DNA from: Auanema rhodensis
Taxonomy: Eukaryota > Animalia > Nematoda
Reading direction: 5' to 3'
NCBI GenBank assembly: GCA_964057225.1
Contig: OZ059898.1
Span: 2,542,001 to 2,606,000 of the forward strand
Length of the DNA: 64,000 bases
This document shows, piece by piece, positions 39,664-53,001 of the stretch; position 1 is the stretch's first letter; each line of letters begins with the position of its first letter. The position numbers and the translations under genes were made by a program. The notes under the pieces are model-generated. The model saw only the letters and a program-made list of their open reading frames with translations, had not been told where the DNA came from and did no database searches.

Positions 39664-40014
39664 AGCTTAAAAATGCACCGAGATATCAACTGATATAAGT
39701 TCACACTTATATCCTCGATTTTCACCCTGAAGAAATAATTTTTTCGTTGAATAACATTGTCCATCGTCTTTGCCTTGAAAAAAGGAATCTAAAAACATCT
39801 AATTTTTGCTGAATTATTTTGAAATTTTTCGAAAAAATTTTTGTCAAAATGTTTTTGGAAGCAATGTTGAGTGTACATGGAAACTCAACATACACTAATG
39901 CATCATTTTTCAAACGATCATAACTAATTTTTGTATCAAGCGTTTTTCAATGTAGTATAGTGCATTCGATGCGGATTTTTAAGCTGCGTCGATCTGTGTT
40001 ATCAGATTTGCGCT

Positions 40015-43000
40015 GGCTTAAAAATGCACCGAGATATCAACTGATATAAGTTCACACTTATATTCTCGATTTTCACCCTGAAGAAATAATTTTTTCGTTG
40101 AATATTATTGTCCATCGTCTTCGCCTTAAAAAATGGAATCTTAAAACATCTACTTTTTGCTGAATTATTCTGAAATTTTTCGAAAAAATTTTTGTCAAAA
40201 TGTTTTTGGAAGCAATGTTGAGTGTACATGGAAACTCAACATACACTAATGCATCATTTTTCAAACGATCATAACTAATTTTTGTATCAAGTGTTTCTCA
40301 ATGTAATATAGTGCATTCGATGCGGATTTTTAAGCTGCGTCGATCTGTGTTATCAGATTTGCGCTAGCTTAAAAATGCACCGAGATATCAACTGATATAA
40401 GTTCACACTTATATCCTCGATTTTCACCCTGAAGAATTAATTTTTTCGTTGAATAACATTGTCCATCGTCTTTGCCTTGAAAAATGGAATCTAAAAACAT
40501 CTACTTTTTGCTAAATTATTTTGAAATTTTTCGAAACAATTTTTGTCAAAATGTTTTTGGAAGCAATGTTGAGTGTACATGGAAACTCAACATACACTAA
40601 TGCATCATTTTTCAAACGATCATAACTAATTTTTGTATCAAGCGTTTCTTTATGTAGTATAGTGCATTCGATCCGGATTTTTAAGCTGCGTCGATCTGTG
40701 TTATCAGATTTGCGCTAGCTTAAAAATGCACCGAGATATCAACTGATATAAGTTCACTCTTATATCCTCGATTTTCACCCTGAAGAAATAATTTTTTCGT
40801 TGAACAACATTGTCCATCGTCTTTGCCTTGAAAAAAGGAATCTAAAAACATCTACTTTTTGCTAAATTATTTTGAAATTTTTCGAAAAAATTTTTGTCAA
40901 AATGTTTTTGGAAGCAATGTTGAGTGTACATGGAAACTCAACATACACTAATGCATCATTTTCCAAACGATCATAACTAATTTTTGTATTAAGCTTTTCT
41001 CAATGTAGTATAGTGCATTCGATGCGGATTTTTAAGCTGCGTCGATCTGTGTTATCAGATTTGCGCTAGCTTAAAAATGCACCGAGATATCAACTGATAT
41101 ACGTTCACACTTATATCCTCGATTTTCACCCTGAAGAATTAATTTTTTCGTTGAATAACATTGTCCATCGTCTTTGCCTTGAAAAAAGGAATCTAAAAAC
41201 ATCTAATTTTTGCTGAATTATTTTGAAATTTTTCGAAAAAATTTTTGTCAAAATGTTTTTGGAAGCAATGTTGAGTGTACATGGAAACTCAACATACACT
41301 AATGCATCATTTTTCAAACGATCATAACTAATTTTTGTATCAAGCGTTTTCCAATGTAGTATAGTGCATTCGATGCGGATTTTTAAGCTGCGTCGATCTG
41401 TGTTATCAGATTTGCGCTAGCTTAAAAATGCACCGAGATATCAACTGATATAAGTTCACACTTATATCCTCGATTTTCACCCTGAAGAAATAATTTTTTC
41501 CTTGAATAACATTGTCCATCGTCTTCGCCTTGGAAAAAGGAATCTAAAAACATCTACTTTTTGCTAAATTATTTTGAAATTTTTCGAAAAAATTTTTGTC
41601 AAAATGTTTTTGGAAGCAATGTTGAGTGTACATGGAAACTCAACATACACTAATGCATCATTTTTCAAACGATCATAACTAATTTTTGTATCAAGTGTTT
41701 CTCAATGTAATATAGTGCATTCGATGCGGATTTTTAAGCTGCGTCGATCTGTGTTATCAGATTTGCGCTAGCTTAAAAATGCACCGAGATATCAACTGAT
41801 ATAAGTTCACACTTATATCCTCGATTTTCACCCTGAAGAATTAATTTTTTCGTTGAATAACATTGTCCATCGTCTTCGCCTTGGAAAAAGGAATCTAAAA
41901 ACATCTACTTTTTGCTAAATTATTTTGAAATTTTTCGAAAAAATTTTTGTCAAAATGTTTTTGGAAGCAATGTTGAGTGTACATGGAAACTCAACATACA
42001 CTAATGCATCATTTTTCAAACGATCATAACTAATTTTTGTATCAAGTGTTTCTCAATGTAATATAGTGCATTCGATGCGGATTTTTAAGCTGCGTCGATC
42101 TGTGTTATCAGATTTGCGCTAGCTTAAAAATGCACCGAGATATCAACTGATATAAGTTCACACTTATATCCTCGATTTTCACCCTGAAGAATTAATTTTT
42201 TCGTTGAATAACATTGTCCATCGTCTTTGCCTTGAAAAATGGAATCTAAAAACATCTACTTTTTGCTAAATTATTTTGAAATTTTTCGAAACAATTTTTG
42301 TCAAAATGTTTTTGGAAGCAATGTTGAGTGTACATGGAAACTCAACATACACTAATGCATCATTTTTCAAACGATCATAACTAATTTTTGTATCAAGCGT
42401 TTCTCAATGTAGTATAGTGCATTCGATGCGGATTTTCAAGCTGCGTCGATCTGTGTTATCAGATTTGCGCTAGCTTAAAAATGCACCGAGATATCAACTG
42501 ATATAAGTTCACACTTATATCCTCGATTTTCACCCTGAAGAATTAATTTTTTCGTTGAATAACATTGTCCATCGTCTTTGCCTTGAAAAATGGAATCTAA
42601 AAACATCTACTTTTTGCTAAATTATTTTGAAATTTTTCGAAACAATTTTTGTCAAAATGTTTTTGGAAGCAATGTTGAGTGTACATGGAAACTCAACATA
42701 CACTAATGCATCATTTTTCAAACGATCATAACTAATTTTTGTATCAAGCGTTTCTTTATGTAGTATAGTGCATTCGATCCGGATTTTTAAGCTGCGTCGA
42801 TCTGTGTTATCAGATTTGCGCTAGCTTAAAAATGCACCGAGATATCAACTGATATAAGTTCACACTTATATCCTCGATTTTCACCCTGAAGAAATAATTT
42901 TTTCGTTGAACAACATTGTCCATCGTCTTTGCCTTGAAAAAAGGAATCTAAAAACATCTACTTTTTGCTAAATTATTTTGAAATTTTTCGAAAAAATTTT

Positions 43001-46000
43001 TGTCAAAATGTTTTTGGAAGCAATGTTGAGTGTACATGGAAACTCAACATACACTAATGCATCATTTTCCAAACGATCATAACTAATTTTTGTATTAAGC
43101 TTTTCTCAATGTAGTATAGTGCATTCGATGCGGATTTTTAAGCTGCGTCGATCTGTGTTATCAGATTTGCGCTAGCTTAAAAATGCACCGAGATATCAAC
43201 TGATATACGTTCACACTTATATCCTCGATTTTCACCCTGAAGAATTAATTTTTTCGTTGAATAACATTGTCCATCGTCTTTGCCTTGAAAAAAGGAATCT
43301 AAAAACATCTAATTTTTGCTGAATTATTTTGAAATTTTTCGAAAAAATTTTTGTCAAAATGTTTTTGGAAGCAATGTTGAGTGTACATGGAAACTCAACA
43401 TACACTAATGCATCATTTTTCAAACGATCATAACTAATTTTTGTATCAAGCGTTTTCCAATGTAGTATAGTGCATTCGATGCGGATTTTTAAGCTGCGTC
43501 GATCTGTGTTATCAGATTTGCGCTAGCTTAAAAATGCACCGAGATATCAACTGATATAAGTTCACACTTATATCCTCGATTTTCACCCTGAAGAAATAAT
43601 TTTTTCCTTGAATAACATTGTCCATCGTCTTCGCCTTGGAAAAAGGAATCTAAAAACATCTACTTTTTGCTAAATTATTTTGAAATTTTTCGAAAAAATT
43701 TTTGTCAAAATGTTTTTGGAAGCAATGTTGAGTGTACATGGAAACTCAACATACACTAATGCATCATTTTTCAAACGATCATAACTAATTTTTGTATCAA
43801 GTGTTTCTCAATGTAATATAGTGCATTCGATGCGGATTTTTAAGCTGCGTCGATCTGTGTTATCAGATTTGCGCTAGCTTAAAAATGCACCGAGATATCA
43901 ACTGATATAAGTTCACACTTATATCCTCGATTTTCACCCTGAAGAATTAATTTTTTCGTTGAATAACATTGTCCATCGTCTTTGCCTTGAAAAATGGAAT
44001 CTAAAAACATCTACTTTTTGCTAAATTATTTTGAAATTTTTCGAAACAATTTTTGTCAAAATGTTTTTGGAAGCAATGTTGAGTGTACATGGAAACTCAA
44101 CATACACTAATGCATCATTTTTCAAACGATCATAACTAATTTTTGTATCAAGCGTTTCTCAATGTAGTATAGTGCATTCGATGCGGATTTTCAAGCTGCG
44201 TCGATCTGTGTTATCAGATTTGCGCTAGCTTAAAAATGCACCGAGATATCAACTGATATAAGTTCACTCTTATATCCTCGATTTTCACCCTGAAGAATTA
44301 ATTTTTTCGTTGAATAACATTGTCCATCGTCTTTGCCTTGAAAAATGGAATCTAAAAACATCTACTTTTTGCTAAATTATTTTGAAATTTTTCGAAACAA
44401 TTTTTGTCAAAATGTTTTTGGAAGCAATGTTGAGTGTACATGGAAACTCAACATACACTAATGCATCATTTTTCAAACGATCATAACTAATTTTTGTATC
44501 AAGCGTTTCTTAATGTAGTATAGTGCATTCGATCCCGATTTTTAAGCTGCGTCGATCTGTGTTATCAGATTTGCGCTAGCTTAAAAATGCACCGAGATAT
44601 CAACTGATATAAGTTCACACTTATATCCTCGATTTTCACCCTGAAGAATTAATTTTTTCGTTGAATAACATTGTCCATCGTCTTTGCCTTGAAAAATGAA
44701 ATCTAAAAACATCTACTTTTTGCTAAATTATTTTGAAATTTTTCGAAACAATTTTTGTCAAAATGTTTTTGGAAGCAATGTTGAGTGTACATGGAAACTC
44801 AACATACACTAATGCATCATTTTTCAAACGATCATAACTAATTTTTGTATCAAGCGTTTCTTAATGTAGTATAGTGCATTCGATCCCGATTTTTAAGCTG
44901 CGTCGATCTGTGTTATCAGATTTGCGCTAGCTTAAAAATGCACCGAGATATCAACTGATATAAGTTCACACTTATATCCTCGATTTTCACCCTGAAGAAT
45001 TAATTTTTTCGTTGAATAACATTGTCCATCGTCTTTGCCTTGAAAAATGAAATCTAAAAACATCTACTTTTTGCTAAATTATTTTGAAATTTTTCGAAAC
45101 AATTTTTGTCAAAATGTTTTTGGAAGCAATGTTGAGTGTACATGGAAACTCAACATACACTAATGCATCATTTTTCAAACGATCATAACTAATTTTTGTA
45201 TCAAGCGTTTTTCAATGTAGTATAGTGCATTCGATGCGGATTTTTAAGCTGCGTCGATCTGTGTTATCAGATTTGCGCTAGCTTAAAAATGCACCGAGAT
45301 ATCAACTGATATAAGTTCACACTTATATCCTCGATTTTCACCCTGAAGAAATAATTTTTTCCTTGAATAACATTGTCCATCGTCTTCGCCTTGAAAAAAG
45401 GAATCTAAAAACATCTACTTTTTGCTAAATTATTTTGAAATTTTTCGAAAAAATTTTTGTCAAAATGTTTTTGGAAGCAATGTTGAGTGTACATGGAAAC
45501 TCAACATACACTAATGCATCATTTTTCAAACGTTCATAACTAGTTTTTGTATTAAGCGTTTCTCAATGTAGTATAGTGCATTCGATGCGGATTTTTAAGC
45601 TGCGTCGATCTGTGTTATCAGATTTGCGCTGGCTTAAAAATGCACCGAGATATCAACTGATATAAGTTCACACTTATATTCTCGATTTTCACCCTGAAGA
45701 AATAATTTTTTCGTTGAATATTATTGTCCATCGTCTTCGCCTTAAAAAATGGAATCTTAAAACATCTACTTTTTGCTGAATTATTCTGAAATTTTTCGAA
45801 AAAATTTTTGTCAAAATGTTTTTGGAAGCAATGTTGAGTGTACATGGAAACTCAACATACACTAATGCATCATTTTTCAAACGATCATAACTAATTTTTG
45901 TATCAAGTGTTTCTCAATGTAATATAGTGCATTCGATGCGGATTTTTAAGCTGCGTCGATCTGTGTTATCAGATTTGCGCTAGCTTAAAAATGCACCGAG

Positions 46001-49000
46001 ATATCAACTGATATAAGTTCACACTTATATCCTCGATTTTCACCCTGAAGAATTAATTTTTTCGTTGAATAACATTGTCCATCGTCTTTGCCTTGAAAAA
46101 TGGAATCTAAAAACATCTACTTTTTGCTAAATTATTTTGAAATTTTTCGAAACAATTTTTGTCAAAATGTTTTTGGAAGCAATGTTGAGTGTACATGGAA
46201 ACTCAACATACACTAATGCATCATTTTTCAAACGATCATAACTAATTTTTGTATCAAGCGTTTCTTTATGTAGTATAGTGCATTCGATCCGGATTTTTAA
46301 GCTGCGTCGATCTGTGTTATCAGATTTGCGCTAGCTTAAAAATGCACCGAGATATCAACTGATATAAGTTCACTCTTATATCCTCGATTTTCACCCTGAA
46401 GAAATAATTTTTTCGTTGAACAACATTGTCCATCGTCTTTGCCTTGAAAAAAGGAATCTAAAAACATCTACTTTTTGCTAAATTATTTTGAAATTTTTCG
46501 AAAAAATTTTTGTCAAAATGTTTTTGGAAGCAATGTTGAGTGTACATGGAAACTCAACATACACTAATGCATCATTTTCCAAACGATCATAACTAATTTT
46601 TGTATTAAGCTTTTCTCAATGTAGTATAGTGCATTCGATGCGGATTTTTAAGCTGCGTCGATCTGTGTTATCAGATTTGCGCTAGCTTAAAAATGCACCG
46701 AGATATCAACTGATATACGTTCACACTTATATCCTCGATTTTCACCCTGAAGAATTAATTTTTTCGTTGAATAACATTGTCCATCGTCTTTGCCTTGAAA
46801 AAAGGAATCTAAAAACATCTAATTTTTGCTGAATTATTTTGAAATTTTTCGAAAAAATTTTTGTCAAAATGTTTTTGGAAGCAATGTTGAGTGTACATGG
46901 AAACTCAACATACACTAATGCATCATTTTTCAAACGATCATAACTAATTTTTGTATCAAGCGTTTTCCAATGTAGTATAGTGCATTCGATGCGGATTTTT
47001 AAGCTGCGTCGATCTGTGTTATCAGATTTGCGCTAGCTTAAAAATGCACCGAGATATCAACTGATATAAGTTCACACTTATATCCTCGATTTTCACCCTG
47101 AAGAAATAATTTTTTCCTTGAATAACATTGTCCATCGTCTTCGCCTTGGAAAAAGGAATCTAAAAACATCTACTTTTTGCTAAATTATTTTGAAATTTTT
47201 CGAAAAAATTTTTGTCAAAATGTTTTTGGAAGCAATGTTGAGTGTACATGGAAACTCAACATACACTAATGCATCATTTTTCAAACGATCATAACTAATT
47301 TTTGTATCAAGTGTTTCTCAATGTAATATAGTGCATTCGATGCGGATTTTTAAGCTGCGTCGATCTGTGTTATCAGATTTGCGCTAGCTTAAAAATGCAC
47401 CGAGATATCAACTGATATAAGTTCACACTTATATCCTCGATTTTCACCCTGAAGAATTAATTTTTTCGTTGAATAACATTGTCCATCGTCTTCGCCTTGG
47501 AAAAAGGAATCTAAAAACATCTACTTTTTGCTAAATTATTTTGAAATTTTTCGAAAAAATTTTTGTCAAAATGTTTTTGGAAGCAATGTTGAGTGTACAT
47601 GGAAACTCAACATACACTAATGCATCATTTTTCAAACGATCATAACTAATTTTTGTATCAAGTGTTTCTCAATGTAATATAGTGCATTCGATGCGGATTT
47701 TTAAGCTGCGTCGATCTGTGTTATCAGATTTGCGCTAGCTTAAAAATGCACCGAGATATCAACTGATATAAGTTCACACTTATATCCTCGATTTTCACCC
47801 TGAAGAATTAATTTTTTCGTTGAATAACATTGTCCATCGTCTTTGCCTTGAAAAATGGAATCTAAAAACATCTACTTTTTGCTAAATTATTTTGAAATTT
47901 TTCGAAACAATTTTTGTCAAAATGTTTTTGGAAGCAATGTTGAGTGTACATGGAAACTCAACATACACTAATGCATCATTTTTCAAACGATCATAACTAA
48001 TTTTTGTATCAAGCGTTTCTCAATGTAGTATAGTGCATTCGATGCGGATTTTCAAGCTGCGTCGATCTGTGTTATCAGATTTGCGCTAGCTTAAAAATGC
48101 ACCGAGATATCAACTGATATAAGTTCACACTTATATCCTCGATTTTCACCCTGAAGAATTAATTTTTTCGTTGAATAACATTGTCCATCGTCTTTGCCTT
48201 GAAAAATGGAATCTAAAAACATCTACTTTTTGCTAAATTATTTTGAAATTTTTCGAAACAATTTTTGTCAAAATGTTTTTGGAAGCAATGTTGAGTGTAC
48301 ATGGAAACTCAACATACACTAATGCATCATTTTTCAAACGATCATAACTAATTTTTGTATCAAGCGTTTCTTTATGTAGTATAGTGCATTCGATCCGGAT
48401 TTTTAAGCTGCGTCGATCTGTGTTATCAGATTTGCGCTAGCTTAAAAATGCACCGAGATATCAACTGATATAAGTTCACACTTATATCCTCGATTTTCAC
48501 CCTGAAGAAATAATTTTTTCGTTGAACAACATTGTCCATCGTCTTTGCCTTGAAAAAAGGAATCTAAAAACATCTACTTTTTGCTAAATTATTTTGAAAT
48601 TTTTCGAAAAAATTTTTGTCAAAATGTTTTTGGAAGCAATGTTGAGTGTACATGGAAACTCAACATACACTAATGCATCATTTTCCAAACGATCATAACT
48701 AATTTTTGTATTAAGCTTTTCTCAATGTAGTATAGTGCATTCGATGCGGATTTTTAAGCTGCGTCGATCTGTGTTATCAGATTTGCGCTAGCTTAAAAAT
48801 GCACCGAGATATCAACTGATATACGTTCACACTTATATCCTCGATTTTCACCCTGAAGAATTAATTTTTTCGTTGAATAACATTGTCCATCGTCTTTGCC
48901 TTGAAAAAAGGAATCTAAAAACATCTAATTTTTGCTGAATTATTTTGAAATTTTTCGAAAAAATTTTTGTCAAAATGTTTTTGGAAGCAATGTTGAGTGT

Positions 49001-51246
49001 ACATGGAAACTCAACATACACTAATGCATCATTTTTCAAACGATCATAACTAATTTTTGTATCAAGCGTTTTCCAATGTAGTATAGTGCATTCGATGCGG
49101 ATTTTTAAGCTGCGTCGATCTGTGTTATCAGATTTGCGCTAGCTTAAAAATGCACCGAGATATCAACTGATATAAGTTCACACTTATATCCTCGATTTTC
49201 ACCCTGAAGAAATAATTTTTTCCTTGAATAACATTGTCCATCGTCTTCGCCTTGGAAAAAGGAATCTAAAAACATCTACTTTTTGCTAAATTATTTTGAA
49301 ATTTTTCGAAAAAATTTTTGTCAAAATGTTTTTGGAAGCAATGTTGAGTGTACATGGAAACTCAACATACACTAATGCATCATTTTTCAAACGATCATAA
49401 CTAATTTTTGTATCAAGTGTTTCTCAATGTAATATAGTGCATTCGATGCGGATTTTTAAGCTGCGTCGATCTGTGTTATCAGATTTGCGCTAGCTTAAAA
49501 ATGCACCGAGATATCAACTGATATAAGTTCACACTTATATCCTCGATTTTCACCCTGAAGAATTAATTTTTTCGTTGAATAACATTGTCCATCGTCTTTG
49601 CCTTGAAAAATGGAATCTAAAAACATCTACTTTTTGCTAAATTATTTTGAAATTTTTCGAAACAATTTTTGTCAAAATGTTTTTGGAAGCAATGTTGAGT
49701 GTACATGGAAACTCAACATACACTAATGCATCATTTTTCAAACGATCATAACTAATTTTTGTATCAAGCGTTTCTCAATGTAGTATAGTGCATTCGATGC
49801 GGATTTTCAAGCTGCGTCGATCTGTGTTATCAGATTTGCGCTAGCTTAAAAATGCACCGAGATATCAACTGATATAAGTTCACTCTTATATCCTCGATTT
49901 TCACCCTGAAGAATTAATTTTTTCGTTGAATAACATTGTCCATCGTCTTTGCCTTGAAAAATGGAATCTAAAAACATCTACTTTTTGCTAAATTATTTTG
50001 AAATTTTTCGAAACAATTTTTGTCAAAATGTTTTTGGAAGCAATGTTGAGTGTACATGGAAACTCAACATACACTAATGCATCATTTTTCAAACGATCAT
50101 AACTAATTTTTGTATCAAGCGTTTCTTAATGTAGTATAGTGCATTCGATCCCGATTTTTAAGCTGCGTCGATCTGTGTTATCAGATTTGCGCTAGCTTAA
50201 AAATGCACCGAGATATCAACTGATATAAGTTCACACTTATATCCTCGATTTTCACCCTGAAGAATTAATTTTTTCGTTGAATAACATTGTCCATCGTCTT
50301 TGCCTTGAAAAATGAAATCTAAAAACATCTACTTTTTGCTAAATTATTTTGAAATTTTTCGAAACAATTTTTGTCAAAATGTTTTTGGAAGCAATGTTGA
50401 GTGTACATGGAAACTCAACATACACTAATGCATCATTTTTCAAACGATCATAACTAATTTTTGTATCAAGCGTTTCTTAATGTAGTATAGTGCATTCGAT
50501 CCCGATTTTTAAGCTGCGTCGATCTGTGTTATCAGATTTGCGCTAGCTTAAAAATGCACCGAGATATCAACTGATATAAGTTCACACTTATATCCTCGAT
50601 TTTCACCCTGAAGAATTAATTTTTTCGTTGAATAACATTGTCCATCGTCTTTGCCTTGAAAAATGAAATCTAAAAACATCTACTTTTTGCTAAATTATTT
50701 TGAAATTTTTCGAAACAATTTTTGTCAAAATGTTTTTGGAAGCAATGTTGAGTGTACATGGAAACTCAACATACACTAATGCATCATTTTTCAAACGATC
50801 ATAACTAATTTTTGTATCAAGCGTTTTTCAATGTAGTATAGTGCATTCGATGCGGATTTTTAAGCTGCGTCGATCTGTGTTATCAGATTTGCGCTAGCTT
50901 AAAAATGCACCGAGATATCAACTGATATAAGTTCACACTTATATCCTCGATTTTCACCCTGAAGAAATAATTTTTTCCTTGAATAACATTGTCCATCGTC
51001 TTCGCCTTGAAAAAAGGAATCTAAAAACATCTACTTTTTGCTAAATTATTTTGAAATTTTTCGAAAAAATTTTTGTCAAAATGTTTTTGGAAGCAATGTT
51101 GAGTGTACATGGAAACTCAACATACACTAATGCATCATTTTTCAAACGTTCATAACTAGTTTTTGTATTAAGCGTTTCTCAATGTAGTATAGTGCATTCG
51201 ATGCGGATTTTTAAGCTGCGTCGATCTCTGTTATCAGATTTGCGCT
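40015..51246 (+). repeat. Tandem duplication of a 16-monomer (5616-bp) block: M115-M130 = M131-M146
   Basis: The variant order is the same in both halves. The ORF track independently shows the offset: 40002/45618, 40073/45689, 41126/46742 and 43232/48848 are all 5616 apart. Confidence 0.94.
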
Positions 51247-53001
51247 AGCTTAAAAATGCACCGAGATATCAACTGATATAAGTTCACACTTATATCCTCG
51301 ATTTTCACCCTGAAGAATTAATTTTTTCGTTGAATAACATTGTCTATCGTCTTTGCCTTGAAAAATGGAATCTAAAAACATCTACTTTTTGCTAAATTAT
51401 TTTGAAATTTTTCGAAAAAATTTTTGTCAAAATGTTTTTGGAAGCAATGTTGAGTGTACATGGAAACTCAACATACACTAATGCATCATTTTTCAAACGA
51501 TCATAACTAATTTTTGTATTAAGCGTTTCTTAATGTAGTATAGTGCATTCGATGCGGATTTTTAAGCTGCGTCGATCTGTGTTATCAGATTTGCGCTAGC
51601 TTAAAAATGCACCGAGATATCAACTGATATAAGTTCACACTTATATCCTCGATTTTCACCCTGAAGAAATAATTTTTTCGTTGAATAATATTGTCCATCG
51701 TCTTTGCCTTGAAAAAAGGAATCTAAAAACATCTACTTTTTGCTAAATTATTTTGAAATTTTTCGAAAAAATTTTTGTCAAAATGTTTTTGGAAGCAATG
51801 TTGAGTGTACATGGAAACTCAACATACACTAATGCATCATTTTTCTAACGATCATAACTAATTTTTGTATTAAGCTTCTCTCAATGTAGTATAGTGCATT
51901 CGATGCGGATTTTTAAGCTGCGTCGATCTGTGTTATCAGATTTGCGCTAGCTTAAAAATGCACCGAGATATCAACTGATATAAGTTCACACTTATATCCT
52001 CGATTTTCACCCTGAAGAATTAATTTTTTCGTTGAATAACATTGTCCAACGTCTTTGCTTTGAAAAATGGAATCTTAAAACATCTACTTTTTGCTAAATT
52101 ATTTTGAAATTTTTCGAAAAAATTTTTGTCAAAATGTTTTTGGAAGCAATGTTGAGTGTACATGGAAACTCAACATACACTAATGCATCATTTTTCAAAC
52201 GATCATAACTAATTTTTGTATCAAGTTTTTCTCAATGTAATATAGTGCATTCGATGCGGATTTTTAAGCTGCGTCGATCTGTGTTATCAGATTTGCGCTA
52301 GCTTAAAAATGCACCGAGATATCAACTGATATAAGTTCACACTTATATCCTCGATTTTCACCCTGAAGAATTAATTTTTTCGTTGAATAACATTGTCCAT
52401 CGTCTTTGCCTTGAAAAAAGGAATCTAAAAACATCTAATTTTTGCTGAATTATTTTGAAATTTTTCGAAAAAATTTTTGTCAAAATGTTTTTGGAAGCAA
52501 TGTTGAGTGTACATGGAAACTCAACATACACTAATGCATCATTTTTCAAACGATCATAACTAATTTTTGTATCAAGCGTTTTTCAATGTAGTATAGTGCA
52601 TTCGATGCGGATTTTTAAGCTGCGTCGATCTGTGTTATCAGATTTGCGCTGGCTTAAAAATGCACCGAGATATCAACTGATATAAGTTCACACTTATATT
52701 CTCGATTTTCACCCTGAAGAAATAATTTTTTCGTTGAATATTATTGTCCATCGTCTTCGCCTTAAAAAATGGAATCTTAAAACATCTACTTTTTGCTGAA
52801 TTATTCTGAAATTTTTCGAAAAAATTTTTGTCAAAATGTTTTTGGAAGCAATGTTGAGTGTACATGGAAACTCAACATACACTAATGCATCATTTTTCAA
52901 ACGATCATAACTAATTTTTGTATCAAGCGTTTCTTAATGTAGTATAGTGCATTCGATCCGGATTTTTAAGCTGCGTCGATCTGTGTTATCAGATTTGCGC
53001 T

